Shown: positions 29,344-43,675, counted from the whole stretch's first letter. The stretch: DNA of 63,045 nucleotides, filler included, from Choristocarpus tenellus KU-1152 (GCA_964200185.2; 11 parts of 11 records of this genome joined end to end with filler, not necessarily neighbours in it), one strand, 5' to 3'. Made by a program: numbers and translations. The notes: a model not told the origin generated them from the letters alone.

Positions 29344-32265
29344 ATGACAGAAAACCAGGAAACCCTAGACCTGATAGTCTTCCTGAAGTCGGCTGAATCC
29401 GCTGCCCGGTCGGCAGGAGAGTGAGTTTCGTGCACCATCTCTTTCCATGAGTCTATCTTATCTGTTCTCTTATTCTCCCGATTTAACCCTATCTCTACCT
29501 TTTCTGCTTTGAGGAACGAGGAAGTGACGGGAGAACTCCCTACCCCTTGCATTGCCTCTTTGCTCGGTATAACTATACATTATCCTGATCTGTTTTGTTT
29601 CCTTCCGCTACCTTCTCGGGTCGACAGGGTCATCTTCAGTGCGTTGAGGGAAAGTTCGAACACGAAAGTTCAAGTGAAGAGTGGCATCGATCTGGTCACA
29701 GAGACTGATAAGGCGGCTGAGAGATTGATCATCGAGAAGCTTCGAGCGGATTTTCCGGTGATTAGTTACGCATGTTAACACATACGATATCACGCGCCTA
29801 CTATGTTGGTCATGCACTTATGCTTCCTCCGGGAGTGGATATGTCCTCAGTTTGTAGCCTGCTTGTTGTGAGAGCTATTTTCTATTTGTTCTGCTGGTAA
29901 CACAAAGGGCAGCAACTATGACCGATGCGTTGCGATGCCCCCTTGTCCCCTCTCCAGACGAGGCTGAACAAAATGACACAAATGATAGTTGATATAGATC
30001 AGAAGTCAGAGTCCTCTCTTTCTCTCACATTGATTGCTTTACGGTACACCAGGACCACAGCTTCGTGGGGGAAGAATCCACCTTTGCTGAGGAGGCAGAG
30101 GGCGGCATCGAAGCAGAGGATGGGGAGATTGGTACAGGTCCGACCTGGGTCATTGACCCACTAGATGGAACGACCAATTTCGTTCATGCATATCCTCTCT
30201 TTTGTGTGAGCATTGCCCTGACCATAAATAGGTGGGTGCCCTCTGTGTGAATGCCCAGTGGAAAGGATTTAATTTGAACAATCTAGATGTGACTCCCTGC
30301 CCACCACCAAGTCTGAGTGATCTTATCCTCAACGCAATTCTTTCCTCTCTTAACATTATTCTACAAATGCATAGTAGTGAGTTGCTCCCCCTGCACCATT
30401 ATCAGAAGTGATACAGGACATCAATTCCGCCAAGCCTAGGTAGTGTGATGTCATCTGTTTGTGCGATTATCATCCCCTGTGCAATGTACAAGGTTCATTT
30501 ACTTACCCCCGTTCAACTTGCTAAAGAGAACAATGATTACAACTTGAACTTGATTCAAAAGTGTTCACATGAAAACTATCCTGACACAGCAACACTTGGT
30601 GACTGACATCGCCCAAACTCCTTCACCTGCCCTGCCTTCCCACTCACCCATATATATATATATATATATATATTATTGCAGGATACCTGTGGTGGGCGTG
30701 GTATTTAACCCTATTATGGGGGAAATGTACACAGCAAGTGAAGGCCACGGAGCATTCCTCAACAATGAAAGGATAGAGGTGGGACTTGGTTCCTTCAGAC
30801 TCACAAGTCTAATAGTCAACAGAGCTGTTTCAAGTCTTCATTCTGTAGCAGCAGGATTTTTTATTCTCATGATGAAATCGCAGAAAATAGCAAATAAGCA
30901 ATGTATTCATATACCGTAGGGCATGTGCTACTTGGGCGGGAGAGGGAACGCTTATCTCTGTAAAACAATCAACCAAGTCTATGTCTGTACTCTAATGCAA
31001 TAAATATCTTTCCTATGCTTACCTATCCAATGATGCACTTGGGGGGGGGACTGCAGGTGCGTGCTCCAGGCGGACTCAGTGATGCCTTGATCGTTAACAA
31101 TATTGGGGCCAGTAGGGATGAGGAGTTTATAAACACTACTCTAGGAAGACTGGGGGAGCTACTGCGGAGAGGGATACAAGCTGTTAGAATGTCTGGTGAG
31201 GATCTGTTGTTTGAATCTAATCTGAGCTACAACCATAGTCCCTGGTTAATCAGAAACTGGAGCTCCTTTTCTGCACTCAATACTCTGCTTGGATGTAGTT
31301 TTTGTGAGGGGGCTGGTGAGATGGAGGTGAGGGAGGATGTTCAGAAACCTATTTTTAAAATCCTGACATATGGTTGTATTGCTGACAAATAAACAAGGGT
31401 AGTTTTGTCATCATAGAACAGAGCTGGCGAAAAGCAGCTTCAGGAGAGATCTTTTGATACCAAGTATTTTCCCACCCCTGTATCTGTATTAATGGGGCGA
31501 ATGGTTGTTCAGGTGGATGTGAACACAGTAGTGTCTACTTGTTTCGAGTTTTAGCAGGTTGGAGGGTGGGTTGGGGAGTAAACGGTTGTTTGGGTTGTCC
31601 AATGTAGGCAGGCGATAGATGACTGTTCTGTGAGCAGAGTCAATGTGTTCATCTTGCAGCACGTTGTAATGTTCCTCATGTGCTGAGTTTGTCCTAACTC
31701 AACCAATCAAACCCATTATTTTATGGTTTAGTTTTCAGCAATGGCTTACATCTGCACAATGCTTTGGGATCAATTGCTTTCAGTGCATTGTTTCACAACA
31801 TCAGGGACTATGTGCAAGATGCAGCAGTGCGAAAGACTGCAAGAATAGTACCCTTAGCTGTATGTTGTATGAAGTACCCTAACTCTAACCTCAACCCCAA
31901 CCCCAACCCTAGCCCCATTCTATTGTTTGCCCATTGCAGAACAATTCTGACGCCAAGGTTCTATTTGATAAATATTGACATTCTAGGGGATCTAGAGGAG
32001 GCTTGAGTGGGAAGGCGTCCTATGTGGCCAAATATGATGTGAAGCTAGCTGCATTTGTTGATAGTGTGTTCCTTCGACACAGTCTATGCCAGTATCTTGC
32101 CAAGAGCCTTAATTTGTCCATAGAAAACACGCTCACATTTGAACAATGTCAGGTTCGGCAGCGGTGAACATGTGCCATGTGGCCTGCGGCAAGGTCGACT
32201 GTTACTACGAGGATGGTTATGGCGGCCCGTGGGATGTGGCTGCTGGATATGTGATCGTCAAGGAG
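29344..32265 (+). CDS. IMPA: Inositol monophosphatase (last exon not found)
   Basis: Exons 29344-29420, 29628-29757 ([11 protein letters not shown]), 30053-30231 ([18 protein letters not shown]), 30682-30778 (GVVFNP..GAFLN), 31057-31195 (..VRMSG) and 32153-32265 ([19 protein letters not shown]), all phase-consistent. Confidence 0.95.
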
Positions 32266-35200
32266 GTATGAATGCATATTTATATTTTATGTTCATTCTG
32301 TATCATAATAGTAATAACTATAATAAAAAGGTGATATTTACTTTGAAGCGTTCAAAAGTAGGTAGTGCATATTCTTGTGGCCTTTTGCTGGATTTTTTCT
32401 TTTTATCAGGCTGTGTGAGAGTGCTGGAGGCAGGGATCTGCTGGAAACCCTAAACTGTATCCCATACGAGAGTCAGTGCTCTTGAAAGCATAGGAAAATA
32501 CACTTGTTGTTTTTCATCCCAACACGATGCAGTTTGTCTGAATCGTCATCTATTCTTGTTTGTAACTTACACACCGAGAAGGGAAGTGAAAACCAAACGC
32601 CTGTCCCCAAGTATACTTTCGAGTATTAGTTACAGAGATGTGCCATTGTCAATGTCAATATTAGTGACAAATGTGCTCTCTACTACGGAACAATCGTGGC
32701 CTCGTCCAAGTGCCCCTCAGTGACTAGCATAGGCTTTTCGAATTATTGGACTCGATCGATGGTTGCTTTTTTTTCTGTGACTCAAGCAATCTATCTGAAG
32801 ATGCATGGGACGCATCAGGGTATTATAGAATGGAGTCATCGAGGAGCTCGTGCTTTAAAACTCAGACAGGCGCTGTTTTTTTGCTTGTTATGTGGCAGCT
32901 CATGGAGTATTCTGTCTCTATTCTGGTGTTGATACATAGATCGCAAGCACCATTGAAGAGTGATGTAGGGATGGATGAACTGTTGAAGTGTTAGGTATAA
33001 GCCCGTTACAAGAATAGAACGGCAGCTCTAGGGCGGATGGGGCCAAAGAGGTAGGTAGGCCAAAGCGGTACGGAGAAATGCAAAGTTTTGCCCATTTATC
33101 GAAATTTACCTTGTAGAGCAGAGGATAAGGACACGTAAAAAATATAAGTTCACTGACCTAGCCCTAACCCAGTACACATACACCATGTAGTATCTGAATA
33201 TGACTCCAGAGCTTTCCAATCAAGGCTGGCCTTCATTGCTTATCCCTCATGGTGCTGAATTCTGCTGTGATAATCACTTGGTGTGCCTTGACTTTCCCTC
33301 AAAGGTGGGGAATCTCAGTGATGGCATTGACGGGACCTTTAGCGGTGGTAGGCCTGGTTGAAAGGTCCTTGGTAGTGAGCTTTTTTATTATTATTATTTT
33401 TTATTCAACTGGGGACTTGAGCCAATCTTGAAAGTCGGGGTTTGGTTCGAGTAATGGTTGTGTACCATACCAAACTGGTTGGTAACTAAGGTTACATTGT
33501 GAAACTTGAAGCAGGGGAGCGCTGCAGCTTGCATCATGTGTTGGTAGGTGATGTTATTATTATGTGAATGTCTCTTTTTTTGAACTCTTTTCAGCTGGAG
33601 GTGGGTGATGTATGGACCAAATCCATGCTTGCCCAACTGATGCTTTTGTTGAGACAAATTAATAACTCTATTTTTTGGTTGAGGTGTCGTCTCATCAATT
33701 CCGTCGTCTCTCCCTTCTTGGTAGTGCCCCAGTACAACTTGAGATCATTCTTATTAGTGAGATGTGATGCTATAGAGTATATGAGAGTATGAATGAGTTG
33801 GAGCTGAAGGGATCAAGATAAACGTCTTGGCCGTTTGGAATATACTTTGCCTCCTGTGTCAATTGACACCCACAACAGAGCTAACATTCACTTCGAAAGT
33901 GTTTGTGTGACACCTCTGCTCAGATGAATCCGGTATCACTTGAAGATATTTACTTATTTTCCGTCAATGGTTATTAAAGGGCACCAGAGGCACACCAACC
34001 GTCAAGTGCTAAATAACGCCATTTACGCTCAACACTCCCTCTTTGTCGCCCCCATTACCGCTGCAACTGTGAATTTCAATTTGCTGAACTTGCATAGGCT
34101 GGCGGAGTTGTCCGTGGCTTGACAAACAAGGAGTTTGAGTTGAAACCAGGAAAAGGCCAGGTTGTCTGTGGGCATGACACCATTGTGACCGAGGTCTGTG
34201 ATGCCCTGGGGGCTGCAGATGCCATGGCATAGCATGGACAAGGAGACTCGGAGGCAGTATCTATGATTCGGCTTTTTATGTAGTGGTTGTGAAGTTGCAG
34301 GAATAGCTATGCAAATGCATGCAGGTGTCAGGCAGAGGGTATGGGGGTTGCTGGAGAGGTGCAGCAAATAGCAGTTTTGATCATTACTCTAGAATGTGTG
34401 TTTTGGGAGGGGCAGCTCAGTACCATATATTGTCAGTATGTCTTATGAACCAGTTGCTTTTAAAACAGCTAACAGTATGCATCGCACTTAGAGGACAGGA
34501 GTCAGGATATTATGCGTACCATCAAAAAGTATTTAGTCGTTGCACCATCACACCACACAACACTCCCCAGGACCATCAACTATCGCAACAGGCTTAGCGG
34601 GAAGGAGACACCAGAATGGTAATTTGCTGTTTTGAGGTCTGAATCTGTCGGCTTAATGCACATATACCGGCCGCACCGCGACCATCATTGTACTTTTTGT
34701 TGTGTGTGCATATTAATTTAGTATAACTGTGTCCGTTGAACTTGCGTCTGTTCGCAATAGGAAGGGTAACTTTGGATCTTTCGCGCGTTCTTCGACGCAG
34801 CGAGAGTCTTCGTGGACATGCGCTTTGTGTGTGTGTCCATGTGTTGGAGGGGGAAGTTTGAACATTGGGACCTCGCGCGTTCATTGACTCGGCGAGCGTC
34901 GTCATGTTTACATGCAGTGATGTAATTTGTCGTTACCCCAACCCTCCTCAAAATATCCCTTCTCTCCTTTGAACTACCTATAAAGATCAATCAGGAAATG
35001 TGTGGGTGCTGCAACAGACATCCGGCCAATGCCATCGATGTATTCAAGGCTCACAACAACGTGGGCTTAGGCCATCCTCCTGACTTTTCTGGCCCTCGGG
35101 TCGCCAAGGGTCCCAAGGCAGGTATTGTTGAAGGCAGGTATCCAAGGCCATACATAGGAACCGAGAAGCTCAAAAATCTCACCTTATCCCATCTTGTGGT

Positions 35201-38200
35201 GTGAGGACAATGTCAAGAAATAGCTTTCTTATAAATGGGGTAGAAATCTACTTTCTAGACGTTGGATTCAACCCTTGCTGAGAACGGCGACTGGATACGC
35301 ATCTACCATCAAGTCGGCAAGTATAGTACAAACTTACCCCCCGACCCCATCACAAAATTAATATCCATTTATTTCTAAAATTCGGTATGGTTCAGTCTTA
35401 CGCCGAGTTCAATATGAACAATTTTCGGGAGTTGTGCGATGAGGAGATATACATACATATTCTGCGATGGGTATCTATTGACCATGGCACGGACCGTTGA
35501 CGTCATAGAATACAAGCTCAAGTTTCATCGCCCGGAAGGCCTACTCTTGCTTCCTGTGAATCTCGCCGGTGGTGTAGAAGATGCAGATTCTTTCAAGTTT
35601 AGGGAGTGAATAGATCTGTTGTTTTTGAGCAGATTTCTCTTCTAATTGATTTATCACCCTGGAAATGTGGGATCAGTTGGAGTACTGACAATATATTTCC
35701 TCGATATCAAACCCAGGCTTGACAAGCATTACTCAGATTGATTTTTCATCCAAGTTCAAGAAGTGCCATCTGTATCCGTTGCGTCTATCAAGAGGGTTAG
35801 GTGTTAGCTGCAGGTTAGGCAACGGGATTCCCTGGTCTAATGACTTGACTGCTTATGCTTGAGGTATTAGAGCAATGTATTGTGATGATGGAACCCATCT
35901 GACTTTATGGAATATTTCTCGAGGGTCTTCAAGTTCCCTTCAGTTTGATTACAATGTCGTATTTCAAGGTATGTACAACAACATATGAAGTACCTCTGGA
36001 CTGCAATAAGGCAGTGGCATTCCCTCTCCTAGTAACTAGACCATTAATGTTTCAGGTATTGAGAGAGATACTTCGTGGACTCAGGGTTGGTATCACTCTA
36101 GGACCTGTCCATATCTCTTCAGCTGATTCGATAAAATCCCAAACACAACAGGTATTGCTACTTGGCGCTTTATAGGACAGGTAGATCCATTCTGGATGCT
36201 ATTTCTCCTAGTACTATTGCAGATCGTCAATAAACAAGTGTTGTCACAGACTCAAGGGCTTCAACAGATGCAGCATTGGAATGATCCTCCCCACTGTTGT
36301 TGAGATATGGCATCTTTGAATTTGATCAAATTCCTGGTTGTTGGGTGTCCCCTCTAGTGCACTACCCCTTTCAATGGCTGTTTCCCATTAATATGTATTT
36401 CCTCTTCTCTGTTAGGTGGGACGTGATGGTGATGTGGTAGTCTATGCAGGTCATGGTCCACACACTCGCAAGGTAAAAAGTATGGTCTGCCAATACAGGT
36501 ACTAGGTAAGGACCAAAGGGGACCTGTTTGCGATCTGTTGTGTTTCTTGAAAGAGTGATCCTCAGCATTGATGGTTCAGAAAAATGAGCGAAAATAACTC
36601 TGTTTTTGGAGCATTTCGGTTGTATTCTCATGTTAACAAACATTTAAGTGTTGTAGATGTGTACATGGTAAAAATCAGGTGGAGACACGATGTTGTTGCC
36701 CTTGCTTTCGTTTCAGCTTGTGTCAGGGATTAAGTGCTGTACTAGGACTCGTGTGAGCTGGCATATTCTTTGGGAAGTTTATCCTCAGCAAGGATAGGAG
36801 GGCAAGGACAAGAAGGTGAGGTGGACTTTGTTATTGTAAGATTTTGATGGCATTATATAGGTTTTTTGTGTGTGTCAGGACAGACAAGTGAATTATATGT
36901 TTTTTGAGCAAGGATACGTGCTGGAGTCCATCATCCTGAAGTTTTCGTTGTGTTGTGACAGAGAAATATGTGTTCACGGTGGTGTACTGCTTGGGCACTG
37001 CCATTGCTACCACTTTGTTGTATCTGTAGATACAAAAAATGTAAAAAAAAAGCACATTTCTTCTGTGCTGGGATATTGCACAAAAACTAGCAACACACAA
37101 ACTGAACAAAGCTGCATGCATATAGTTGACAAGGACATACACCCTTTTTTTAATCCATCCTGGGAAACGACTTGGGTTTTTTTTCAACTTTTAAGTAGAC
37201 TTCCAGCTCCGACATGAAAAATCAGTTTATCACAGAATGCACACAAAGAACGGATATAATGCACAAACAGGCACAGCACATTGACTCTTTAAATTCCAAG
37301 GACTGAGCGCCAGCATCTCCCCGCTTGTACTCAGCTACATATAGGAGTGAACCCATGATCCTTCATTTCGCCATTTTTCAGAATGCAAACTCTCGAAAAC
37401 CACAGTGATTAGCACACTGAGACAGAGTCCATTGGATTAGGCTACACATCTCCCTCAAGGACCTGCGTTTGGTTTGCATTGCATAAGGATTCATCGAGCT
37501 ATAACGCTGCAATAAGCTACTGATTATCGTGTGCGCCAAGCCATGTAAGCATGATTCTGCACCAACGGATATGAGCTCTGAGAGCAAAATGGTAAAGAGG
37601 TGTAACTGTTAGCATACTATTGCACAGTTGTAGTTCACAATTTCATTGGTACAAAGTGAAATAAAATACTCTATGTACATGAACGTGGCATTCATGAATA
37701 TCTAATTGGGATACCATTACCTGATGATACAGTTATGGTACGGTTAGTGGTATATGGTCAGCAAAGCTGTCAAGTTTTTATGAGGTCTGAGTGTATGGAA
37801 TCAGGACATTAGTCAGCTTAAATGTGAGTTGAGGTTGATGGTTTGTGGTTGGCATATCATCGTCAAGCTCAGGGTCAAGGTATGAGAGCATGGGGCCAGC
37901 CTATAGGTCTCTGGTATCTTGTACAAACAGAGGAAGCTCAAGAATGGGGATATGAAGAGTAGATGCTTAGCGAATTCAACAACTGTTGACCAGTGTGATC
38001 TTACCAGTGCTTATATTGTGTGTACATGATCATCCTCAACACTCTAATGTTTAAAGACCTAAGCACGTGTATGTGATTAAAATCGACACTTTAACAAGGA
38101 GACGAAATCGGAAATATTGCCCATAATAGCAACAGCATTCTGAGTGGACAATAAGATGAGAACAATGTTGGTGGTCAACGCTCAATACTATACGAGGTGA

Positions 38201-38840
38201 CTTGTACGACAATGACATCATGTTGGGGCATTGTGCCACTCAATAACAAAAAACGAATAATAAATGTTGCTCACTTAGTCACTCTTTCACTTTCCTGGAG
38301 GTGAGAAAGAGATTTTTTTGTTGTTGAGGTTGGTCGGTCCACGATGATAAATGACCACATTTCATGAAAGCGAGATGTGATGCATGGGCACTCACCTCTA
38401 GCACACATCAGCGCGAATTGATGTACCTGGTGACAGATGGTCTGTTCACCGCTGGATGTGTCCATTTGTTCAAAATTAGGATAGTTGAAGAGAAAAAATA
38501 ACAGTTTTTTTTTAATCTTAGTGTCCACCAATATCTCGATACAGTCTACATGTAAGGCATTGATAGACTTGGTAACCATAAGATGTCTGGTCAAGGCTGG
38601 TCGTGAACAGGGTTGACTGAGATCTGTACCAGTTATTTAATCTTTAAAATGCAATGGACTGCACCCATCTATGATGGTGTGACATGTTTAGGATTGCCTA
38701 ATGAGATGGTCAACACTATTTTTTAAGGATTATGATATATGGTAACATGAGATCGGGACCAAGACGGATCACGAGTAAGGTTGGTTGGGATCTGTACCAG
38801 TCAACCAATAAATTACTTAGAGAATAGGTTGCCATACTAT

Positions 38841-38996
38841 TACAACATCCATGATATCAATATGAGACTCCATATCAGGCATAGGCAAAGTCTGTCGAAC
38901 AAGATGTTGTTAACAGCTGAGCAGTAGTCTACACAGAAACGCGGAGAGTCACCAATTTTGGCTATTATGATAACAGGACTACCCCGAGGGCTGGAT
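38841..38996 (-). mobile_element. Ty3/gypsy reverse transcriptase fragment (degenerate)
   Basis: SPRGSPVIIIAKIGDSPRFCVDY; DNA aligns by eye to 54830-54980. Confidence 0.8.
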
Positions 38997-40723
38997 TCAG
39001 CAAAATTTCCGATCCTTAAAAATTTCCAACGATGGTCGCACAAAGTCTCTGTCCTGTCCCAACAACCACAGACTTCCACTAACAAGTCGTTGGCCTATCA
39101 AAACAATGAGGTTGTTCGTCATGTGGGCAGAACTCTCAGAATCAAAATACCATACATCATCCCACTGTTCAACCTTCTCATCCCTCACCACCGAAAAACC
39201 TCCAAGCATCTTCAGTGGTCCATTGTTGCCACCATTTGCCTTTCCTTACCACATCTCTTCCTCGGCGTAGTCATTGCCCCACCATCTATAACTTGTTTGG
39301 CTGCTGCCATAGCCACTGCACGTCCAGGAAAATTTTGGGCTTAATGTCCAGGTCCGCTACAATTGTAGCAGTTACCAGAAAGTTTGCCTGTTATAGGTGG
39401 GGAAGAAACAGACGGACAAAACAGACATGTAGTGTGGTCCATCGCGCTTGAAACATTTTAGTCATTGACCATGTTGTCCAGCCGATGATGGGGAGCGTGA
39501 TGGTTCATAGTCGAGATTTCACTTGCCATCAGAACTCCATTGTGGCTCCCAATATCACCATTTCCTAGTCTTTTATTCATCCTGTAGGTTTCACAGACCG
39601 TCTTCTGAAGTTGTAACCGAGCCATTGGACCCACATCGACAATTTGGCAAATCTTGATATTATAATCAGGTGCAAAACAGTTGTAAATGACTGTCAACTG
39701 ATCTTCTTCCGGTTCCACTCCAAGACTCCTCATATTTTTTACCAATTTCTCCATTTGCATGATAACTTCTGTAGGATCCTCGCCAATCGGTAGATATAGT
39801 TCTTGCATCTTGGTCCTCAAGATCGCTTGCTCTGTGATCCCATTTCTTGCAAATCAATCTCTTGAGGCCTGAAAACCTTCTGAGGGGCTGTCGTGATTGT
39901 CAACAATTTCTAGTGCAAGTCCGTCTACACTCATAACCAGCCCAGCCAATGCCATGCTGGCTTTCTTGTATTTCGTGTGGGTCTACCTTGATGTGTCGCT
40001 TCCCAACAGGCCTACCCTAGTGTGGTCACGAGTAAGTTCGGGTGTCCTTCCACCCACCCATGGCAGCACAAGTTAAGAGTCTTTTCTCATATTTGGGAAT
40101 CCCTCCCCAGCATCATCACCATTGTACACCACAAACTTGGAGGGAAGTGAGATGAGGCGCTGCAAATCCACTCCTACAGCCCTTCTTGAAGTCATGATCC
40201 CCCTCGTCGCTGGCTCCTCCTCATTATAGAAGCCCTCTGCTTCCACCCCAACATCATCATCATCCTCTATATTCACATTTCTGACAGCAAGCACCATCGG
40301 GAATCTATCCCTTCTACTACTAGCTGGAGATGTCAGCACACTTTAATGTATGCTAGCTAGCATGTTTAAGAATGTTTAGAATCCCAAGTCTTGTGATTGA
40401 ACAATGTAGATTAGTTCCTTGTCAGTTATGCTGTAGTAGGTAGAAAGTTAGAGTGAGAAACACCATCCAACCGGGGGGTGATAGACCTTTCACTCATCCC
40501 TGATCACTAATAACTCATCACTCAATCTATGTAACTTGCTACGACATTTCTTTTCTAGGATTCTTCTTATGATACTGCAATAACCCGGATATCATTCTCT
40601 TAATCACTCTCCAGAAAGATTACTATCAACTATCCAGTTCTCCAACAACACTCTAATTTTCTAACAATTGACTGTTTCCTCAGTAAGTATTTTCCCACAT
40701 GAATTTAAAGCATAACCTTGACA
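38997..40723 (-). mobile_element. Ty1/copia-type LTR retrotransposon relic (5' LTR, gag, protease)
   Basis: LTR 40723-40363 (TGTCAAG...CTTAAACA). Gag LYLPIGEDPTEVIMQMEKLVKNM matches LHLPAGEDPATVILKLDNIVKKM of the first copy. Copia protease motif WYFDSESSAHMT. Many frameshifts. Confidence 0.85.
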
Positions 40724-40732
40724 TGTGCACCC

Positions 40733-40935
40733 GAGTGAAAATATCTTAGAGGGTATTTTTCCCTTTTTGTCCGTTTGGGACTTGGCTTCCTGAGGGTTAT
40801 TATTGACATTTTACCTACTCTGAAATGTTTCGGAGTAGGTAAAACGTATACGTTATGAAAAGGTGTGTCCAGAACAAGCATGGCTCAAAGTAGCTGGGGG
40901 GGGGGGGGGGCGGCTGTCCATTTGGGGTCAATTTT
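40733..40935. mobile_element. MITE family B with family A inserted at 40882 (truncated by contig end)
   Basis: GAGTGAAAATATCTTAGAGGGTA at 40733; GGCTCAAAGTAGCTG(G)n begins at 40882. Confidence 0.8.
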
Positions 40936-41620
40936 NNNNNNNNNNNNNNNNNNNNNNNNNNNNNNNNNNNNNNNNNNNNTTAATTAATTAANNNNNNNNN
41001 NNNNNNNNNNNNNNNNNNNNNNNNNNNNNNNNNNNCCCCTAAGGTACTTTGGGTCAAGCCGACTGATTGGAAAGGGGTAGAGAGGTCCCCTTGGATAGCA
41101 CAGAAGCAGTTCTCTTTGTCTTGAATGTATTTGGCTTTGGTCAGCATATTATGCTGGTGCATGTACTGCTCGGGGGCAGGGTGCAGAAGCACATGTGTGA
41201 TGGCCCAGTATGTAGATCAGGAAGTGAGAGCCAGGGCTGTCCCACACATCGAGCATAGCAACTACTTGAGCTCCACAGGTGAAACCGCAGGAGGAGCTAG
41301 TTGCTCATGCCATATCAACACAATCAGGGGTGCTAGACGAAAATAGGATAACCTGGTTTCCAAACCGCCCACAGGAAAGAATCATTGTAGGCAATGAATT
41401 GCAAATGTAGTACTCGAGGGTCCATGGGTTCCTGTGGGAATCCCTCCACATCCTAGTGGATTGATTGAGAATCTATTTCTATTCATTTTTCCACATCTGG
41501 AGTTGTAAATTGGGGCACAGCACTCAGCAGCACAAAACATGCCATATAGGATTGCTCTACTCATTCCTTCCAATTAACCCCTATGCTTGGAAATGGGAAT
41601 GTTAACAGTCGTAGGCTCAC

Positions 41621-42512
41621 CTTTCCCACAAAAATGAACATTTCCAGCGTTTTCCGAATTGTAGTGGTGTTGGAGAGTGCATGGTAACTCTCAAATAGGG
41701 CCGTGCAATCCTCCATCCCCCGAACTGCAGCCAGCACATCATGGCCTCCCTACCAGTATCCAATGGGGACAGAGTCAATTGAGTGCAATAGACTGTGCAA
41801 GGTTCAGAAAAAAAATACGATTTAAAGAGTATTCAATCCAAACACAAGTCTTTCTAGATGCCTTTTGAACTCTTTTGTAAGACTTTTCATCCAGAGGGCT
41901 AATGCATCGCAGCACACACTCCTGTATCTCCAAGGTTTAAACCATCATGATCTGACAGATTAGTAGCACCATGTCTCATTTCAAGCAAAATGCAACACAT
42001 TTTCATATCATCACAGCAAAGTATACAAAGCAACTTCAATTTTGTGTGGATACTCTATGGGAATTGTACTTATCGTTGTCGGTAGCAGAGATCACCACAT
42101 CGCAAAAAAAAAATGGTTTCTGCTGTAGAGTAAATTGCAAGGCACAAAAATCATTCCTAGCAACTTGCCAGTCTACCTTCTGAGCCACAATTAAGAGCGA
42201 ATACCGCGCCACCCATGCCACCCTCCTCGATCCTAATCTCAATATTTTCTCGTTAATGGTCTTTATCTACAAGTTCATAAAGAAGATAGTCCAATAAGCT
42301 GCAAATAGCTTTACGGGTACGATTTCATGGATGAGGTGTTGGTATTGTATATTGACCTTTGCTTACGGTGCATGAGATTTCACTATTGATCTCACTGGAT
42401 GTTGCTGCATGAATCCGGTCAAGTCATAGTGCTTGCCATAAAGCTGCCATAGCCCCGAGCTGAAGCGTGATTCCACTGGCAACACCTTTGGTTTGTCCTC
42501 TGTCCTGCACAT
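41621..42512 (-). CDS. N-terminal cytochrome b5 heme-binding domain, probably a front-end or sphingolipid fatty-acid desaturase (5' part; not in the ORF track)
   Basis: Exon 42512-42396 (MCRTEDKP..LWQLYGKHYDLTGFMQQHP) splices in phase 0 to 41749-41621 (GGHDVLAAVRGMEDCTALFESYH..), reconstituting HPGG and D.T..FES.H. Confidence 0.88.
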
Positions 42513-43480
42513 CGTATTTGATGGCTAGAGGTCTCTGGAAGTGGACGGTGGAGGTCGTAGGAAGCGTACGCTGTAACTGAAGTCTGGAGGAAGTGCAGGA
42601 AATAATGTGATCATGAGTCTTATGATGCGAGATTAGGAGGGTGATAAATGGGGGATAGATGAGAGTCCAACCTCTTCTGCCGTTTACGCGTATGAAGCGT
42701 CTATCTTCAAAGTTTCCTCGTCCACGTCAAACTCTGCCTCTGGCGAGAAGGAAAGAGTGGTGAATGTCGCGCAGTCCTAGGTTGCGCATCGATAAACACT
42801 TCTACTCTTCTACAGGTGAACCTCCAGATTCTACTTGTAAGAACAAATATTGGAAATTCTCCACCACAAAGGAAACTGTGCACTTTCTTGGTCAATACAC
42901 ATACTTAATGATCGATCATCTCTTCTTCTAAAACCTGGAAAATTCTACTTCTGTTTAATTCTTGACTATATGAGTCCATGAATAATGTGTCAGATAGGAA
43001 ATTGGTCGAACGGAAGGATTATTGGGTGTATCACCATTCCTCACAGAAAGACATAGCACCATCACATACGACCCTCGACTGACGAGAAATTCATGATTTT
43101 CCAGATTTCTCTGGTGCTTTCTAGACCTTCTCAAGTTACCAGCAGAGAAGGGAAAAGGGTCACGGCTCTTGCTCAAACAAACACCCTCCTCAAACTCTAT
43201 TTCCTCCTGACCGCCTTGACGTCGGACTTGACTGTGATCACTCACCACCTTGGGTCGTTTTAGGCAGTTGAGCATGCGGAAAGATACTTTGCGTGGCACG
43301 GAGAACACTTGGAGTTGTTGTGTTACATCAAGGCAACCCAGTCGGCATTCTGCCCAGGAAGTTTGCAAAAGTGGAGGTAACCGTCAATATAATGTCAAAC
43401 TGAATAATGCAACTCCTCACAACAGCCATGTTTGACTTCTTGATGGTAGATAGATATTTTATATATTATTGTAGCTCCCT

Positions 43481-43675
43481 TCCCCGGAAGCACAGGAAGA
43501 CAGTAGTACAATATTGATTGTGGTGAAGTAAATGATAGACTAGTGGTTTTCACACTTACAGTGTAATATAGTGTTCACATTTATGATATTTTATTTCTTA
43601 ATGGCATATACTGACATATATATGTATAGTTTTCATTTGTTTTCCCCCTGACACATTTGCAAAATGTCAAAGGGC

